NCBI GenBank assembly: GCA_039680575.1 | Contig: JBDKSP010000077.1 | Location: 29,448-93,447, forward strand | Reading direction: 5' to 3' | DNA length: 64,000 nt | Source: Armatimonadota bacterium | Lineage (GTDB): Bacteria > Armatimonadota > UBA5829 > DTLH01 | Shown here: one piece after another, positions 39,933 to 49,638 of the stretch | How positions within the stretch are numbered: position 1 is the stretch's first letter | Layout of the letters: each line of letters begins with the position of its first letter | Made by a program: the position numbers and the translations under genes | The notes under the pieces: generated by a model | What the model was told of the DNA's origin: nothing | The model's database searches: none | The model's input: only the letters and a program-made list of their open reading frames with translations

Positions 39933-42122
39933 TTACTTGCTCCATTTGCCCGTATCCAGCGGCCGCGTAAGAAGAAGCGAGAGAAACGTCTTTCGCTCCT
40001 CGACCTGCTTCACCTTTGCGCAGTGCCCGATCCCCCAGCGGTCTCCCACGATGATCGCAGACTTCGAGGCGCGGGTGACCCCGGTATAGAGGAGGTTCCT
40101 GTGGTGCTGAAACGCGTGCGACTTGTGCACGACTACTATCGAGCAGGGGTATTCCGAGCCCTGCGCCTTGTGTATGGTGAGCGCATATGCGAGCTGGATC
40201 TGGATAAGCTCAGGAGCGCCTTTCTCGAAGCTGACCCTCGTCCCTTCGAAGTCGACCGTTACTTCACCGTCTTCACTCACTTCCATAACGGTGCCGACTG
40301 CACCGTTCATAACTCCGGTCGTGTAGTTGTTCCGTGTCTGGATCACCCTATCGTGCGGGTAGAGCTTTGGACGGCGGCCCGGCTCGGGAGACTCCACGAG
40401 CGTGTTCCAGAGCTTCCTCTGGATGAGACGCTGGAGCAGGATGTTCAACTCCTGGGTGCCCAAGGGTCCCTTATGTGTAGGAGTCAGCACCTGCACGTCC
40501 GAGAGAATATCAAAGGAGAGCCGCTCGGAGAGGACCTTATCGAATAGCTCGAGTATGAATCCTTGCGCCTCTCGAGGATCCGTGAACTGGTCCACCACGT
40601 ACCAGTCGCGCCTGCCGTCCGGCTTCTTCTCCGAGGTCTTCCTCACCTCTCCCGAAAGAACTGCGATGCTGTTTTCCTTCAGGACTCCGGCCTGCCGCTG
40701 AACGCCGTCCAGGATCACGGTCGGGATCACCCGCGAGCGGACAAGGTCGCGAAGGATGTTGCCAGGTCCGACAGGCGGGAGCTGGTTATGATCTCCAACG
40801 AGAACTACGGCAGTGCGCGAGAGGTCTATCGCCTGGAAAAGGTGCCATGCAAGCGGCACATCGAGCATCGAGACCTCGTCAACTATGATGACATCAGCCG
40901 TTACTTCCTCGCCCGAGAACTCCGTTCCGTTGTAGCCAAGGAGCCGGTGGATCGTCTGTGCTTCCATACCGACTACCTGCTCCATCCGCTTTGCCGCCTT
41001 GCCCGTGGGAGCCGCAAGCACCACGGAGAGATCATACTCATCAAGGATCCCGACAAGCGCCGATATCGTGAATGTCTTCCCGCTGCCCGCGCCTCCGGAG
41101 ATGAGTGTTATGGAGTGAGTGATGGCCGTCGTGACAGCGTCGTGCTGCCAGGTCTTCAGCTTCGGCGCGCTTCGCCAGACGACCTCGTCTAGGGTATCAG
41201 ACGCAAGATGCGGGAAGCGCGGATGGGGTTTCCCTCCCTGCCGGAATACTTCCGCAAGGCCCTCTTCCATCTCCCTGATGCGCGGGATCGCGACGAGGAG
41301 CCGGCTCTCAGCCCCGTAGCAAGACAGGACTTTCTCGTTGATGAGCTCTTCCAGAGCATGTTCTATCCGCTCCCGGCTGTCCAGGCAGTCCATCACGAGA
41401 AGCGCATTTGCCCGGTCGATCAGGTCCTCGTACTCGACCCAGCAGTTCCCCTGATCAAGCGCGTCCTCCACGCAGAAGACGACGCCTGCGCGGATGCGTC
41501 CTGGGATCTCCTTCGGGACATCCATCTTCTCGCGCGCGATCTTATCGATCCGCTTGAAGGAGAAGCCCGGCACCATCCGGACGATTGCATAAGGGTCGCT
41601 TTTCAGAAGCCCGACTGCAGCGCTTCCGAACTTCTTTACAAGGCTTGTGACCTGCAAGTGGCTCAGGCCAAAGGCAGACACCGCCGTCATCGCCTGGTTC
41701 ACCTTGGCCGTCTCCTGCCAGACGTCCCTCAGATGTTCGATAGCCTCAAGCGGTAGATGGACCGCCCGGGCGATCTCTTCGGGCTCCTCGGTAAGGAACC
41801 TATCAAAGTCGCGCCCGAACCGCTCCGCTATTACCCGCGCCTTTGATGGTCCTATCCCCTTGATATCCGGATGCTTTGCTATGTAGTTGGCGAGCCCCTC
41901 CATGTCGAGGTCCTGATCGTACTCCATGCTCTCGACCTCGAACTGACGTCCGAACTTCGGGTGCTTGACCCATCTGCCGCAGAGGATAACGCGGTCGCCG
42001 TCCTGAACGAATATGGGACCGGCGAAAGAGATCTTCTCGCCGCTCGTGGTCTTCATTTTCCCAGCCGAGAAAGTGGGGCTTGCGAAAAATACGGCCACGA
42101 CCCGACCTTTTAGTCTTGTCAT
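39933..42122 (-). CDS. recD2: RecD2-like SF1B helicase
   Basis: HPKFGRQF, GIGP, GGAGSGKT, APTGKAA, DEVSM, GDHNQLPPVGPG, TIHKAQGSE, YTGVTRA. Confidence 0.92.
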   Translation of the reverse strand: MTRLKGRVVAVFFASPTFSAGKMKTTSGEKISFAGPIFVQDGDRVILCGRWVKHPKFGRQFEVESMEYDQDLDMEGLANYIAKHPDIKGIGPSKARVIAERFGRDFDRFLTEEPEEIARAVHLPLEAIEHLRDVWQETAKVNQAMTAVSAFGLSHLQVTSLVKKFGSAAVGLLKSDPYAIVRMVPGFSFKRIDKIAREKMDVPKEIPGRIRAGVVFCVEDALDQGNCWVEYEDLIDRANALLVMDCLDSRERIEHALEELINEKVLSCYGAESRLLVAIPRIREMEEGLAEVFRQGGKPHPRFPHLASDTLDEVVWRSAPKLKTWQHDAVTTAITHSITLISGGAGSGKTFTISALVGILDEYDLSVVLAAPTGKAAKRMEQVVGMEAQTIHRLLGYNGTEFSGEEVTADVIIVDEVSMLDVPLAWHLFQAIDLSRTAVVLVGDHNQLPPVGPGNILRDLVRSRVIPTVILDGVQRQAGVLKENSIAVLSGEVRKTSEKKPDGRRDWYVVDQFTDPREAQGFILELFDKVLSERLSFDILSDVQVLTPTHKGPLGTQELNILLQRLIQRKLWNTLVESPEPGRRPKLYPHDRVIQTRNNYTTGVMNGAVGTVMEVSEDGEVTVDFEGTRVSFEKGAPELIQIQLAYALTIHKAQGSEYPCSIVVVHKSHAFQHHRNLLYTGVTRASKSAIIVGDRWGIGHCAKVKQVEERKTFLSLLLTRPLDTGKWSK

Positions 42123-42583
42123 GGCTCCTCTTTGGCTTGTTGGCATATGGCATCTACCTTTCCGCTTAGTTTGATCAGCAGTTCCTCGACGAACAGTCGC
42201 GCCGCTTGTCTGTTCGCACAGAAGAAGACGGGGATCTGGTAGTCGACGATGATAGAGAGTATGGATCCGAGGACGGAGTTCGGGTGGGCATCCGAGCGGT
42301 AGCTCCCGGTGAGGACGTCCATCAGGCTCCCTTCGATGACCACACAGGCGAAGTCACACTCTCGAAGCTTCAGGAGTTCCCGCCGGAATCGTTCGCGCCC
42401 GCGGATGACGGTTCCAACGAAGTCCTCCAGGCTCTTTCGCTCTATGGCGAAAGAAGATTCCAGCCCGGAAAGAGAGTAGTCGCCTGCTGGTATCGCGCGG
42501 CGGACCACCTCGACCCGGGCTGGATCGAACGCATACGGCTCCTTCTCCCGTGTGTCGACGACTACGACGGGCTTCGCCTTCAC
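42119..42583 (-). CDS. ERCC4-domain nuclease
   Basis: VDTRE, GDY, IERKS motifs. Confidence 0.9.
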   Translation of the reverse strand: MKAKPVVVVDTREKEPYAFDPARVEVVRRAIPAGDYSLSGLESSFAIERKSLEDFVGTVIRGRERFRRELLKLRECDFACVVIEGSLMDVLTGSYRSDAHPNSVLGSILSIIVDYQIPVFFCANRQAARLFVEELLIKLSGKVDAICQQAKEEP

Positions 42584-43053
42584 TAGAAGGGAGCCAGAGC
42601 AGACTGATCGACTGCCCCCGTGTCCTCGATGACGATGCGGCGGTTCAGGTAGACGCTCTCGCTCTCGCCCCGGGTGCGCTTGGTGACCTCAAGCTTCACG
42701 TCGAGAAGGTCGTGCACTCTCGAAGGGAGCTCCGAGAGCTTTGAGAGGGTGACCCCGCAGGTGTGGAGGTCGGTCTTCAGCCACTTGAGGCTATCGTTTG
42801 TGATGACATTGTTTCGCCAGAGGAGCCTGCCGGCGAACTTCGGTCCGAGGATCTTCAAGGTCCACTTGAGCATAGGGTTTCCGGATGTCTGGGAGCGGGT
42901 GAGTTCCACCTTCTCAACATTCACCTGATACTTGCCGTCGGGGATGTCCTCAAACTCACGCTCCTCCACGGGAGCCTCGTCATAGCCTCCATCAAACTGG
43001 GCGAGGTCGAAGTTGTCGATATCGGTGTCGCTTGGGTAATAACCGTTGTCCAT
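42583..43053 (-). CDS. DUF669 family phage single-stranded DNA-binding protein
   Basis: IPDGKY.V...S.GNPML; C-terminal PF. Confidence 0.8.
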   Translation of the reverse strand: MDNGYYPSDTDIDNFDLAQFDGGYDEAPVEEREFEDIPDGKYQVNVEKVELTRSQTSGNPMLKWTLKILGPKFAGRLLWRNNVITNDSLKWLKTDLHTCGVTLSKLSELPSRVHDLLDVKLEVTKRTRGESESVYLNRRIVIEDTGAVDQSALAPF

Positions 43054-43073
43054 ACTGTTCTCCTTTTTGAGCT

Positions 43074-43784
43074 TTAGTTGTCGCCCGAAGAGGCGTTGAA
43101 TGCCTGGCTGAATCTTTCGAAGTCGAGGTCAATGACCTCGGGGAGTCTCCCGGTCCTGTCCCCGGCCTCATAGTAGAGGCTTGGTTTTGTCCTCATGACA
43201 CGCCGTGCGATGACCCTGTTATCCGGCCCGGGCGTGCTCTCGATGTCGCAGTAGAGGATCATATCGACGAGTCCCAGGACAATCTTTCGCGCCTTCTCAG
43301 GCAAGGTCGGGACGGTCTTCGTATACTTGCCGGTCCTCGTCTCAACCTCGATATTCTGCGAGTGGGAAACGAGGAAGAGCCCGTAGGGCATGAACGCGAG
43401 CTTGTTTAGGACCCGCTGGAACTCACCCTGGACGAGCGCGTAGCCTTTGCCGTAGGAGAGGTCTGCCTCATGTTCGACCTTGAACTTCCGGCATACATAG
43501 TCCGCGCACATCCGGTAGGCGTTATCTATGGTGTCGATGATGACGGTCTTGAACCCGTGGTCCCCTTCGGCTATCTCGCCGCATGCCGTGAGGAGTTCAT
43601 CCCACGACCGGATCGGAACCTGGAACACCTCCAGGGAGTTCAGACCCGGCTCGGTCGAGAGGAAAAGTGCGCCCTCGGCCTTAGAGCACCAGGTCGACTT
43701 CCCGATTTTCGTCGGGCCGTATACAAGCACCGTGAGGTCCGCGAGATCTGACCTTTGTGGTGTCTTTTCGGCTGGTAAGAGCAT
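43074..43784 (-). CDS. AAA ATPase (Sak4-like recombination protein)
   Basis: YGPTKIGKST, VIIDT, SH motifs; adjacent to SSB and exonuclease. Confidence 0.8.
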   Translation of the reverse strand: MLLPAEKTPQRSDLADLTVLVYGPTKIGKSTWCSKAEGALFLSTEPGLNSLEVFQVPIRSWDELLTACGEIAEGDHGFKTVIIDTIDNAYRMCADYVCRKFKVEHEADLSYGKGYALVQGEFQRVLNKLAFMPYGLFLVSHSQNIEVETRTGKYTKTVPTLPEKARKIVLGLVDMILYCDIESTPGPDNRVIARRVMRTKPSLYYEAGDRTGRLPEVIDLDFERFSQAFNASSGDN

Positions 43785-44804
43785 CTAGAATGCCTCCTTG
43801 TCTTGTTCGTATCTATCGTCCGTCCGCAGCTCTTCGTGCGGCGGCTTTACCTCGTAGAAGTTCTCGATAACGTTCTCGCTTCCGTTCGAGCGGCAGAGCG
43901 GGAAGTACGCGCAAGGCCTGTGATACTGAAAGCAGAACGATGTGTTCCGGTAGAACACACCGCGCCGCCTGCAGTCGAGAAACTGCTGGGTAAGCTCCCA
44001 GAGGTCGCGGGCCAGCATGTCGAACTGGTCACGCGAGAGGTAAAGCATCTCCCGGTGGAACATGTCAGGCTCCGCGTACTTCAAGAGGAGCCGCGACTGG
44101 AAGTCCTCATCAGACTCGGGCATCTTCCGGGTCGCGGTCGTCTTCCCGGCCTTCGACTTTGCGAGAAGCTCCGCGCGCCTTGCCTCAAACTCGGCTTGTG
44201 TTTCGCCCTTCCCCTGCTGGAGTTTGGCCTTGATGAGCACGTTGTAGATGACGCCCGCGATCCTGATGCCCACTGTTTCCTCGATGTAGTGCGAGTAAAG
44301 CGTCACCTGGAAATCGCACCAGAGCTTCTCAAGGTAGTCTCCGTCAAGCCCGGCTGCCGTCTTATGCTCAAGGAGATAATGCTCCCGCCCGAGTCTTACG
44401 ATCCCGTCCACCTTGCCAGCTAAGGTGAAGGTGCGGGATGTCGCGCCGGTCGCGGGGTTCGTGATCCTGCCCATAAACGTCTTCTCAAGTGCGACTACCT
44501 CGAAGTCCTCGGTCCCGTAGCGAGCTCCGTAGCCGCTCATCATTGCCCGCGCCAGATGCCAGTCGGACTTCTCTGCATCATCCATCGCCCGGTTGGGAAG
44601 TGACCTGTCTATGTGGTCCAAGACCAGTGAGAAATCCCGGTCAGCATGCCACTTCTCAAGGCACTCGTGAATGAGAGTCCCGAAGGAGAGCTTGTGGTCT
44701 TTCTGAAGTGGAACCAGCTCCCGGACGTACCGCCACTCGCAGGCTTTCCGGCAGTTCCTGAAGAGGTTCCACATCGAGTAGGTGGTGATCATAGGTGCGC
44801 TCAC
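43785..44804 (-). CDS. PD-(D/E)XK (Cas4/RecB-like) exonuclease
   Basis: C..GTLIH...E...GKVD...EHKT...Q..LY and C-terminal Cys cluster. Confidence 0.85.
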   Translation of the reverse strand: MSAPMITTYSMWNLFRNCRKACEWRYVRELVPLQKDHKLSFGTLIHECLEKWHADRDFSLVLDHIDRSLPNRAMDDAEKSDWHLARAMMSGYGARYGTEDFEVVALEKTFMGRITNPATGATSRTFTLAGKVDGIVRLGREHYLLEHKTAAGLDGDYLEKLWCDFQVTLYSHYIEETVGIRIAGVIYNVLIKAKLQQGKGETQAEFEARRAELLAKSKAGKTTATRKMPESDEDFQSRLLLKYAEPDMFHREMLYLSRDQFDMLARDLWELTQQFLDCRRRGVFYRNTSFCFQYHRPCAYFPLCRSNGSENVIENFYEVKPPHEELRTDDRYEQDKEAF

Positions 44805-45124
44805 AGGAGGACCCTCTCCATAAGTTCCTGGTCACTTACCCGCAGGTATTCCTCGGTCTTTGTGACAACGAAGCTCTTCTCACCGAAGTCGCTTACCATG
44901 AAGCCCATAAACATCTTCGCAAGGTCGACTCCGACCTCTGTCTCGGCATCGATTGTCACTGTGCGGGACCTCGAGCTAAGCCTTGCTGCACCGTCCAGGC
45001 GCACCGCATTCCGCCCGTAAAGGCTCTCAGCCGCCCGCGCCGCCGTCATCAGGTGGAAGTCCACCATACCGACGGGCAGCTCGCCCGCAAACTGGATCTT
45101 GTAGACTGTTCTGTTCAAATCCAT
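44801..45124 (-). CDS. Hypothetical protein, first gene of the replication operon
   Basis: GGAGG RBS then MDLNRTVY. Confidence 0.6.
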   Translation of the reverse strand: MDLNRTVYKIQFAGELPVGMVDFHLMTAARAAESLYGRNAVRLDGAARLSSRSRTVTIDAETEVGVDLAKMFMGFMVSDFGEKSFVVTKTEEYLRVSDQELMERVLL

Positions 45125-45193
45125 CCTCCGAATCTTTCTGTCCGGGGAGTATGGCGCGCCTGGAAGAGAAGCCCCCGTGGTTTCCGCATCCAC

Positions 45194-45228
45194 TTGATAT
45201 GTACTTCCGGGGAAGCGGCATGTGTCGG
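45194..45228 (-). promoter_or_regulatory. Putative phage-specific promoter, copy 3 (replication operon)
   Basis: CCGACA-N16-AAGTACATATCAA. Confidence 0.7.
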
Positions 45229-45260
45229 GGAAATTCTCAGGGCGCAATGTTCCATGTGGG

Positions 45261-45290
45261 TTGACCGCACAGATGTTCGATTGATATAAT
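45261..45290 (+). promoter_or_regulatory. Sigma70 promoter with LexA-like box in the spacer
   Basis: TTGACC-N18-TATAAT with TGn extension; CGCACAGATGTTCG at 45266-45279. Confidence 0.55.
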
Positions 45291-45422
45291 ATTGAGGCTG
45301 CATACTTAAAGTCAGGAACGAATCAACGTGTTCTGGCGTCAGAACATATGGTAGGTTGTTAACTGGCCACTGCCGCGCACGAGGCGGCTGTTTTCTTGTA
45401 CGGGGATATAATTGGAGGTGGC

Positions 45423-46649
45423 ATGGCTCGGCAATATTCGCTCAAGGGCTTTCTTCGACATGCTCCCAACAGACTGCTTGAAGCTTACTTTGAGCGGCTG
45501 GGACTGGGAGAAGATATAGACTGGGAGTATCTTCCCGAAACAGATATAGAACCGGTATTCGCCGCGATCCAGGCGGCGGATGTATCGGCGCAGGAGAGGA
45601 TGGGACTCGACTTCCACTCTATCCACGACCTGGCGGATGAGGCAGGAATCCAGACGCTCATACAAGAGGCGGAGGAGTCCTATCCGGCGCTCGACCTTGC
45701 GGGCGCGCTCTCGGAGATGAACGGCTTCTATGAAAAGGCCTTCTGGGTCTTTATAGAACACCCGGAGGTCTTCCGTATAGCAAGGATCATCGACGGATTC
45801 AGTACGAGGAGCGCAGTGAAGCAGATAGGCTTTCCGCTCCTTCCAGGGGAGCCGGATAAAGAGTCCACCGAGAAGCTAGGTGAGGCGCTCTCGGCCTATT
45901 ACCTCAAGAAGGACGGTCGCGGGCAGGGGTATCATGTGGACTACTACAAGCGCGGCGACCGCCACTACTGGTTTGCCTACCTCGAAGGCTTTGCGAACTC
46001 GCTTCTTGTCTACGACGGAGACCACCAGCTCGATCTGCAGACCAACCGGCCCGCTTTCGAGATAATCTTCCGCTACAATGAAGCTGAGCGGTCTCTGGAG
46101 CTTCGGGGGGTGACGGGAAAGCACTCCGTGCGGGATGTGCAGATGATCTTCTCACGCGCCATTCTGAAAAACGATGTTCACCTGCCGGAGGACGCTATCA
46201 CCTACCAGCTTGAGGCGCTCAGGAACAGGGACATCGAGTTCCGGGTCGAGCCGGGTTACGGCATAGAAAGCGTCCGGCTGACGAAGCTCAAGGTAAATGT
46301 CCTGGGGCGGCAGGGTATCTCGGTCACGCTCGAGGCAGGTAGCAGGTATGGCAGGGACAGGATTTATGATCTCCTCGAGGATCTGCTTGCAAGCGGCAAG
46401 ATCCCTGTGGAGCTTCTCACCGTGTCGATGGTGGGTTTCCAGCTTACGTTCTACCCGGAGAACGGCAGGAGGAAGGGGAAGACCATGAGCTTCTGGGTGT
46501 CGAGCCCGCACTCGACGTCTCTTAAGTCCGGTGAGAAATACGAGATAGCGAGAATGTGCTTAAAGAGGTGGGGAATCGATGTATCAGGAACTACTGAGGA
46601 CGGCGCTCCTCAACCTGCACTTGCAGCCCAGGCCATCTTTGACATATGA
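45423..46649 (+). CDS. Hypothetical protein (early/regulatory region)
   Basis: 408-aa ORF with GGAGG RBS. Confidence 0.75.
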   Translation: MARQYSLKGFLRHAPNRLLEAYFERLGLGEDIDWEYLPETDIEPVFAAIQAADVSAQERMGLDFHSIHDLADEAGIQTLIQEAEESYPALDLAGALSEMNGFYEKAFWVFIEHPEVFRIARIIDGFSTRSAVKQIGFPLLPGEPDKESTEKLGEALSAYYLKKDGRGQGYHVDYYKRGDRHYWFAYLEGFANSLLVYDGDHQLDLQTNRPAFEIIFRYNEAERSLELRGVTGKHSVRDVQMIFSRAILKNDVHLPEDAITYQLEALRNRDIEFRVEPGYGIESVRLTKLKVNVLGRQGISVTLEAGSRYGRDRIYDLLEDLLASGKIPVELLTVSMVGFQLTFYPENGRRKGKTMSFWVSSPHSTSLKSGEKYEIARMCLKRWGIDVSGTTEDGAPQPALAAQAIFDI

Positions 46650-47535
46650 GGAGGTAGAGCGGTTCGGACCGCTCCACCTCAAGGCTCTCACTGACTGCGG
46701 AATCCTCGTCAGGTCGTTTCCCGCCGACACCGTCGTCTGCAGCGAATGTGAGCTGCGCTGCGCACAGGATGTCGAGGTTATATACGGTCCGGACGGCAAA
46801 GTCACCGGAGCCTCTATCTACTGTGATGGCCGCGACGATCTTCCCCGAAAGATCCCGGTGGATCTCGACCGGCTGCAGTACTGGCGCATCAGCGCATCCG
46901 GGCTCGCCGATGCGCTCAGAGACAACATGCGCCTTGGGTCAACGCCGCAGGAGATAGTAGCGGGCAGGTTCTGGCGGCTCGGCGCGGTAAAGAGCGCGAC
47001 CGGACGTATCGACGTCTTCATGGCCGTCGGCGTATCGGCGCGTGACTTCTCACGCGTTATGGCGAAAGGGCTCCCGGCGATGGAAGAATGCACGAGTGCA
47101 GCGCTCCTTACCCCGGCTGAGTACGCAGGCCGCCGCAATCTCGCGCACGGAATACATGCGTTATCCCTTACCAGGCTCCTCACAGTAGAAGACGGCGCTC
47201 TTTCCTTCGATCTCGATGAACTGCTCGCCGCGTCCGGTGCTCCCCGCGCGAGTGCAAAAGAGACCATGGGTGACTTCCGCTTCTCAGAAGGCTTCGTGTC
47301 CGTATCCCTGCGTGGCGAGACCTACAAGCTTTCGCGGCAGCAGAGAATGGTCATAAAGGCTTTGTACGAGGCACATATGAACGGCACTCCATGGCTCGGC
47401 AAAGATCAGCTACTCGTCGATCTGCTTGAGAGCAACCTCGACCGACTGAGGGACGTCTTCAAGAGCAATATGGAAGCCTGGAAGGGTCTGATCGTCGGAG
47501 ACAACAAAGGAAATTATCGCCTGAAGGTCGACTGA
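46579..47535 (+). CDS. Hypothetical protein with Cys motif and C-terminal winged-helix-like domain
   Basis: CSEC..C...C; LSRQQ..VI..L...RLRDVFK...GNYRL. Confidence 0.7.
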   Translation: MYQELLRTALLNLHLQPRPSLTYEEVERFGPLHLKALTDCGILVRSFPADTVVCSECELRCAQDVEVIYGPDGKVTGASIYCDGRDDLPRKIPVDLDRLQYWRISASGLADALRDNMRLGSTPQEIVAGRFWRLGAVKSATGRIDVFMAVGVSARDFSRVMAKGLPAMEECTSAALLTPAEYAGRRNLAHGIHALSLTRLLTVEDGALSFDLDELLAASGAPRASAKETMGDFRFSEGFVSVSLRGETYKLSRQQRMVIKALYEAHMNGTPWLGKDQLLVDLLESNLDRLRDVFKSNMEAWKGLIVGDNKGNYRLKVD

Positions 47536-47779
47536 TCAAACGCTTATCCCGCATTTCCACAGAAGTACCCCACCTGCGTCACCACTTGCTTCCCCCCTCA
47601 CCTTGCTAAACTGATATCAGACAGGCAAACACTCCATCCTGCAAAAAACCCGGCACTCCGTGGATTGCAGTAGTAAATAACTAAGTGGGAGTGAATGGCC
47701 GTCTCACCAAAACAGTTGCCCTACGCCGGATGCCGTTTAGTCACCCGGTTGATATCAGAGAGCTATGCGAGGAGGAAGT

Positions 47780-48109
47780 ATGAACAACTGCCAGATGAAA
47801 TCATCACTCGACGACCCCGAGAGGTGGCTTGTCGAAGCTATGAGTAAGCTCCGCTTCGGCAGGGTCGAGGGACTTCACGTCAAAGACAAGAGGCCGCTCC
47901 GCTACCCCGCGCCGATGTTCGTGCGCAGCCGGAAGTTCACAAAGAACGAGGGTACCCGAACAGCGGAAGAGAGGGACTTTGCCCTGAAAGCACAGGTATC
48001 CTGGCTCATCTCGGAGATCGCTGAGGTGGGAGACGGCATCATCAGGTCCGTAACCGTGCAGGACGGGCTGCCGGTCCTTGTGGACTGGGAGTCACGCACG
48101 GAGCTGTAG
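47780..48109 (+). CDS. Hypothetical protein
   Basis: GGAGG RBS; FG..E.L.V..G..I..V.VQDGLP. Confidence 0.65.
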   Translation: MNNCQMKSSLDDPERWLVEAMSKLRFGRVEGLHVKDKRPLRYPAPMFVRSRKFTKNEGTRTAEERDFALKAQVSWLISEIAEVGDGIIRSVTVQDGLPVLVDWESRTEL

Positions 48110-48174
48110 CTAACCGCCGCAGCCATTAAAATAACCATTTTCGGAAACATCACCAGACAATTGACTGACCGTAA

Positions 48175-48235
48175 GGCGGAGGTCGTTGTGGGTGTCGCCA
48201 GTTTGGCGGCATCGCAATGCCTCCGCCCTTTTTTT
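48175..48235 (+). terminator. Long G-U-rich hairpin plus T-tract upstream of the sigma gene (terminator/attenuator)
   Basis: GGCGGAGG..GTTGTG..GTGTCGCC / GGCGGCAT..CGCAAT..CCTCCGCC followed by T7. Confidence 0.65.
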
Positions 48236-48306
48236 GTTTGGCAGTAAGCGAAGCCCAAAGAGCGTGTGACACCCACAGCGGTCTCCTCCGGAAAAGCGAG
48301 GAGACT

Positions 48307-48894
48307 ATGGGAAACACAAACGCATTCGAGGGCCTGGATAGCTACTCGGTAAACCTGATCCACTACAAATCACGCCGGCTTATCGGCTACCTCGGGATGA
48401 CCGAGTCCGACAGGGAAGACATCGAGCAGGATCTTGCGATCCACCTCCGGCAGAGCCTTCCGAAGCACGATCCCTCTCGCGGGAGCGTGAAGACGTTCAT
48501 CAACTGCGTGCTCGACAACCGCATCCGAGCGATCATCAAGTCGAGAAGCTCTTCGGTGTTCGACTGCCGTGTGCATGCATATTCGCTCGATGCCGTCGTG
48601 CAGGATGAGGACGCCGACGCGATGACCAGGGGCGACATGCTCGATGCTGATGAGTATCAGATGGCGCTCGGAAACGCCGGTCGGCCCACCATAGAAACGA
48701 TAGAGCTCAGGATAGACGTGGCGCGCGCCGTTGCATCGCTTCCGCCTGACATGCGGGATGTGTGCATACTTCTTTCGAGGACGACCGTAGCGGCAGCCGC
48801 ACGCGAGCTTGGAATTAGTCGGGCGAAGCTCTACGACATAATGCGCAGACTCCGCGACATGCTCCGTGACCACGGGATCGACCAGTACCTTTAG
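48307..48894 (+). CDS. Phage-encoded sigma-70/ECF-like factor
   Basis: DREDIEQD...HDPSRGS.KTF region 2; SLD; LPP..R...AARELGISR region 4 HTH. Confidence 0.85.
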   Translation: MGNTNAFEGLDSYSVNLIHYKSRRLIGYLGMTESDREDIEQDLAIHLRQSLPKHDPSRGSVKTFINCVLDNRIRAIIKSRSSSVFDCRVHAYSLDAVVQDEDADAMTRGDMLDADEYQMALGNAGRPTIETIELRIDVARAVASLPPDMRDVCILLSRTTVAAAARELGISRAKLYDIMRRLRDMLRDHGIDQYL

Positions 48895-48902
48895 AAGAAA
48901 GT

Positions 48903-48937
48903 CGGACAGGTGCCTGGTCACCAGAAGTACATATCAA
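48903..48937 (+). promoter_or_regulatory. Putative phage-specific promoter, copy 4 (peptidase/recombinase operon)
   Basis: CGGACA-N16-AAGTACATATCAA. Confidence 0.7.
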
Positions 48938-48982
48938 CTGGGAGTCACGCGCTCCCAGCCACACCGAAAGAGAGGTAGATAG

Positions 48983-49174
48983 ATGAAACGCGCGATGGGA
49001 ACATGCGGCCGCAACTGTGCAAGTGACGTGGCCGAGATACTGGCGGCGGGCTTTCTCCGCAGGATAGAGAAGCAAACCGGCGGGACTCCGGGATGTCCGC
49101 CCGGCGGACTTGATGTTTTCGAAGATGTGAGCATTCATTGTGACAGACCGGGTGCGAAAGGAGAAGGTCGATGA
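48983..49174 (+). CDS. Small hypothetical protein
   Basis: GAGG RBS, VAEILAAG.LR motif, ATGA-coupled to the peptidase. Confidence 0.5.
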   Translation: MKRAMGTCGRNCASDVAEILAAGFLRRIEKQTGGTPGCPPGGLDVFEDVSIHCDRPGAKGEGR

Positions 49175-49578
49175 GCGCGTCCAGGATAGGGCTTGACCCG
49201 GAATTCGCAAGGAAGCTCGGACGCTTCGAGGCTAGGCTTGCCGAGAAGGGAATCAAAGTCGTCCTCACCTGGGGCTATCGTTCCATCACGGAACAGAACA
49301 GGCTTTACACTATCGGCAGGACCACACCAGGCAAGAAGGTGACCAATGCCCGGGGCGGCTATTCCTGGCACAACTTCGGGCTTGCGGCGGACTACGCGTT
49401 TATCGTGAGCGGCAAGGTGACCTGGAATGGACCCTGGGATGTATTCGGGAAGACCGCCCGTGAGTGCGGGCTCGAGTGGGGCGGCGACTTCAAGACGATT
49501 CTTGACAGGCCGCACGTCCAGTGGACCAGAGGAAAGACGCTCGCGCAGATGCGGCAGGCGGCACTTCAGAAGAAGTGA
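49171..49578 (+). CDS. M15 family metallopeptidase (L-Ala-D-Glu endopeptidase-like endolysin)
   Basis: GYRS..EQ..LY, S.HNFGLA.D, WGGDF...D.PH. Confidence 0.9.
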   Translation: MSASRIGLDPEFARKLGRFEARLAEKGIKVVLTWGYRSITEQNRLYTIGRTTPGKKVTNARGGYSWHNFGLAADYAFIVSGKVTWNGPWDVFGKTARECGLEWGGDFKTILDRPHVQWTRGKTLAQMRQAALQKK

Positions 49579-49638
49579 TACTGCTCAGCCCGTGGAACCT
49601 GATTCCTTTCGCCCGAAACACATTGACGAGGTAAGACG

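Noticed and set aside
43785..44804. Cas4 of a CRISPR system
   Set aside because: No other cas genes or array; context is a phage recombination module
47611..47759. Two TGATATCAGA copies upstream of ORF 47780
   Set aside because: Too short and lacks the rest of the phage promoter motif; cannot be distinguished from chance
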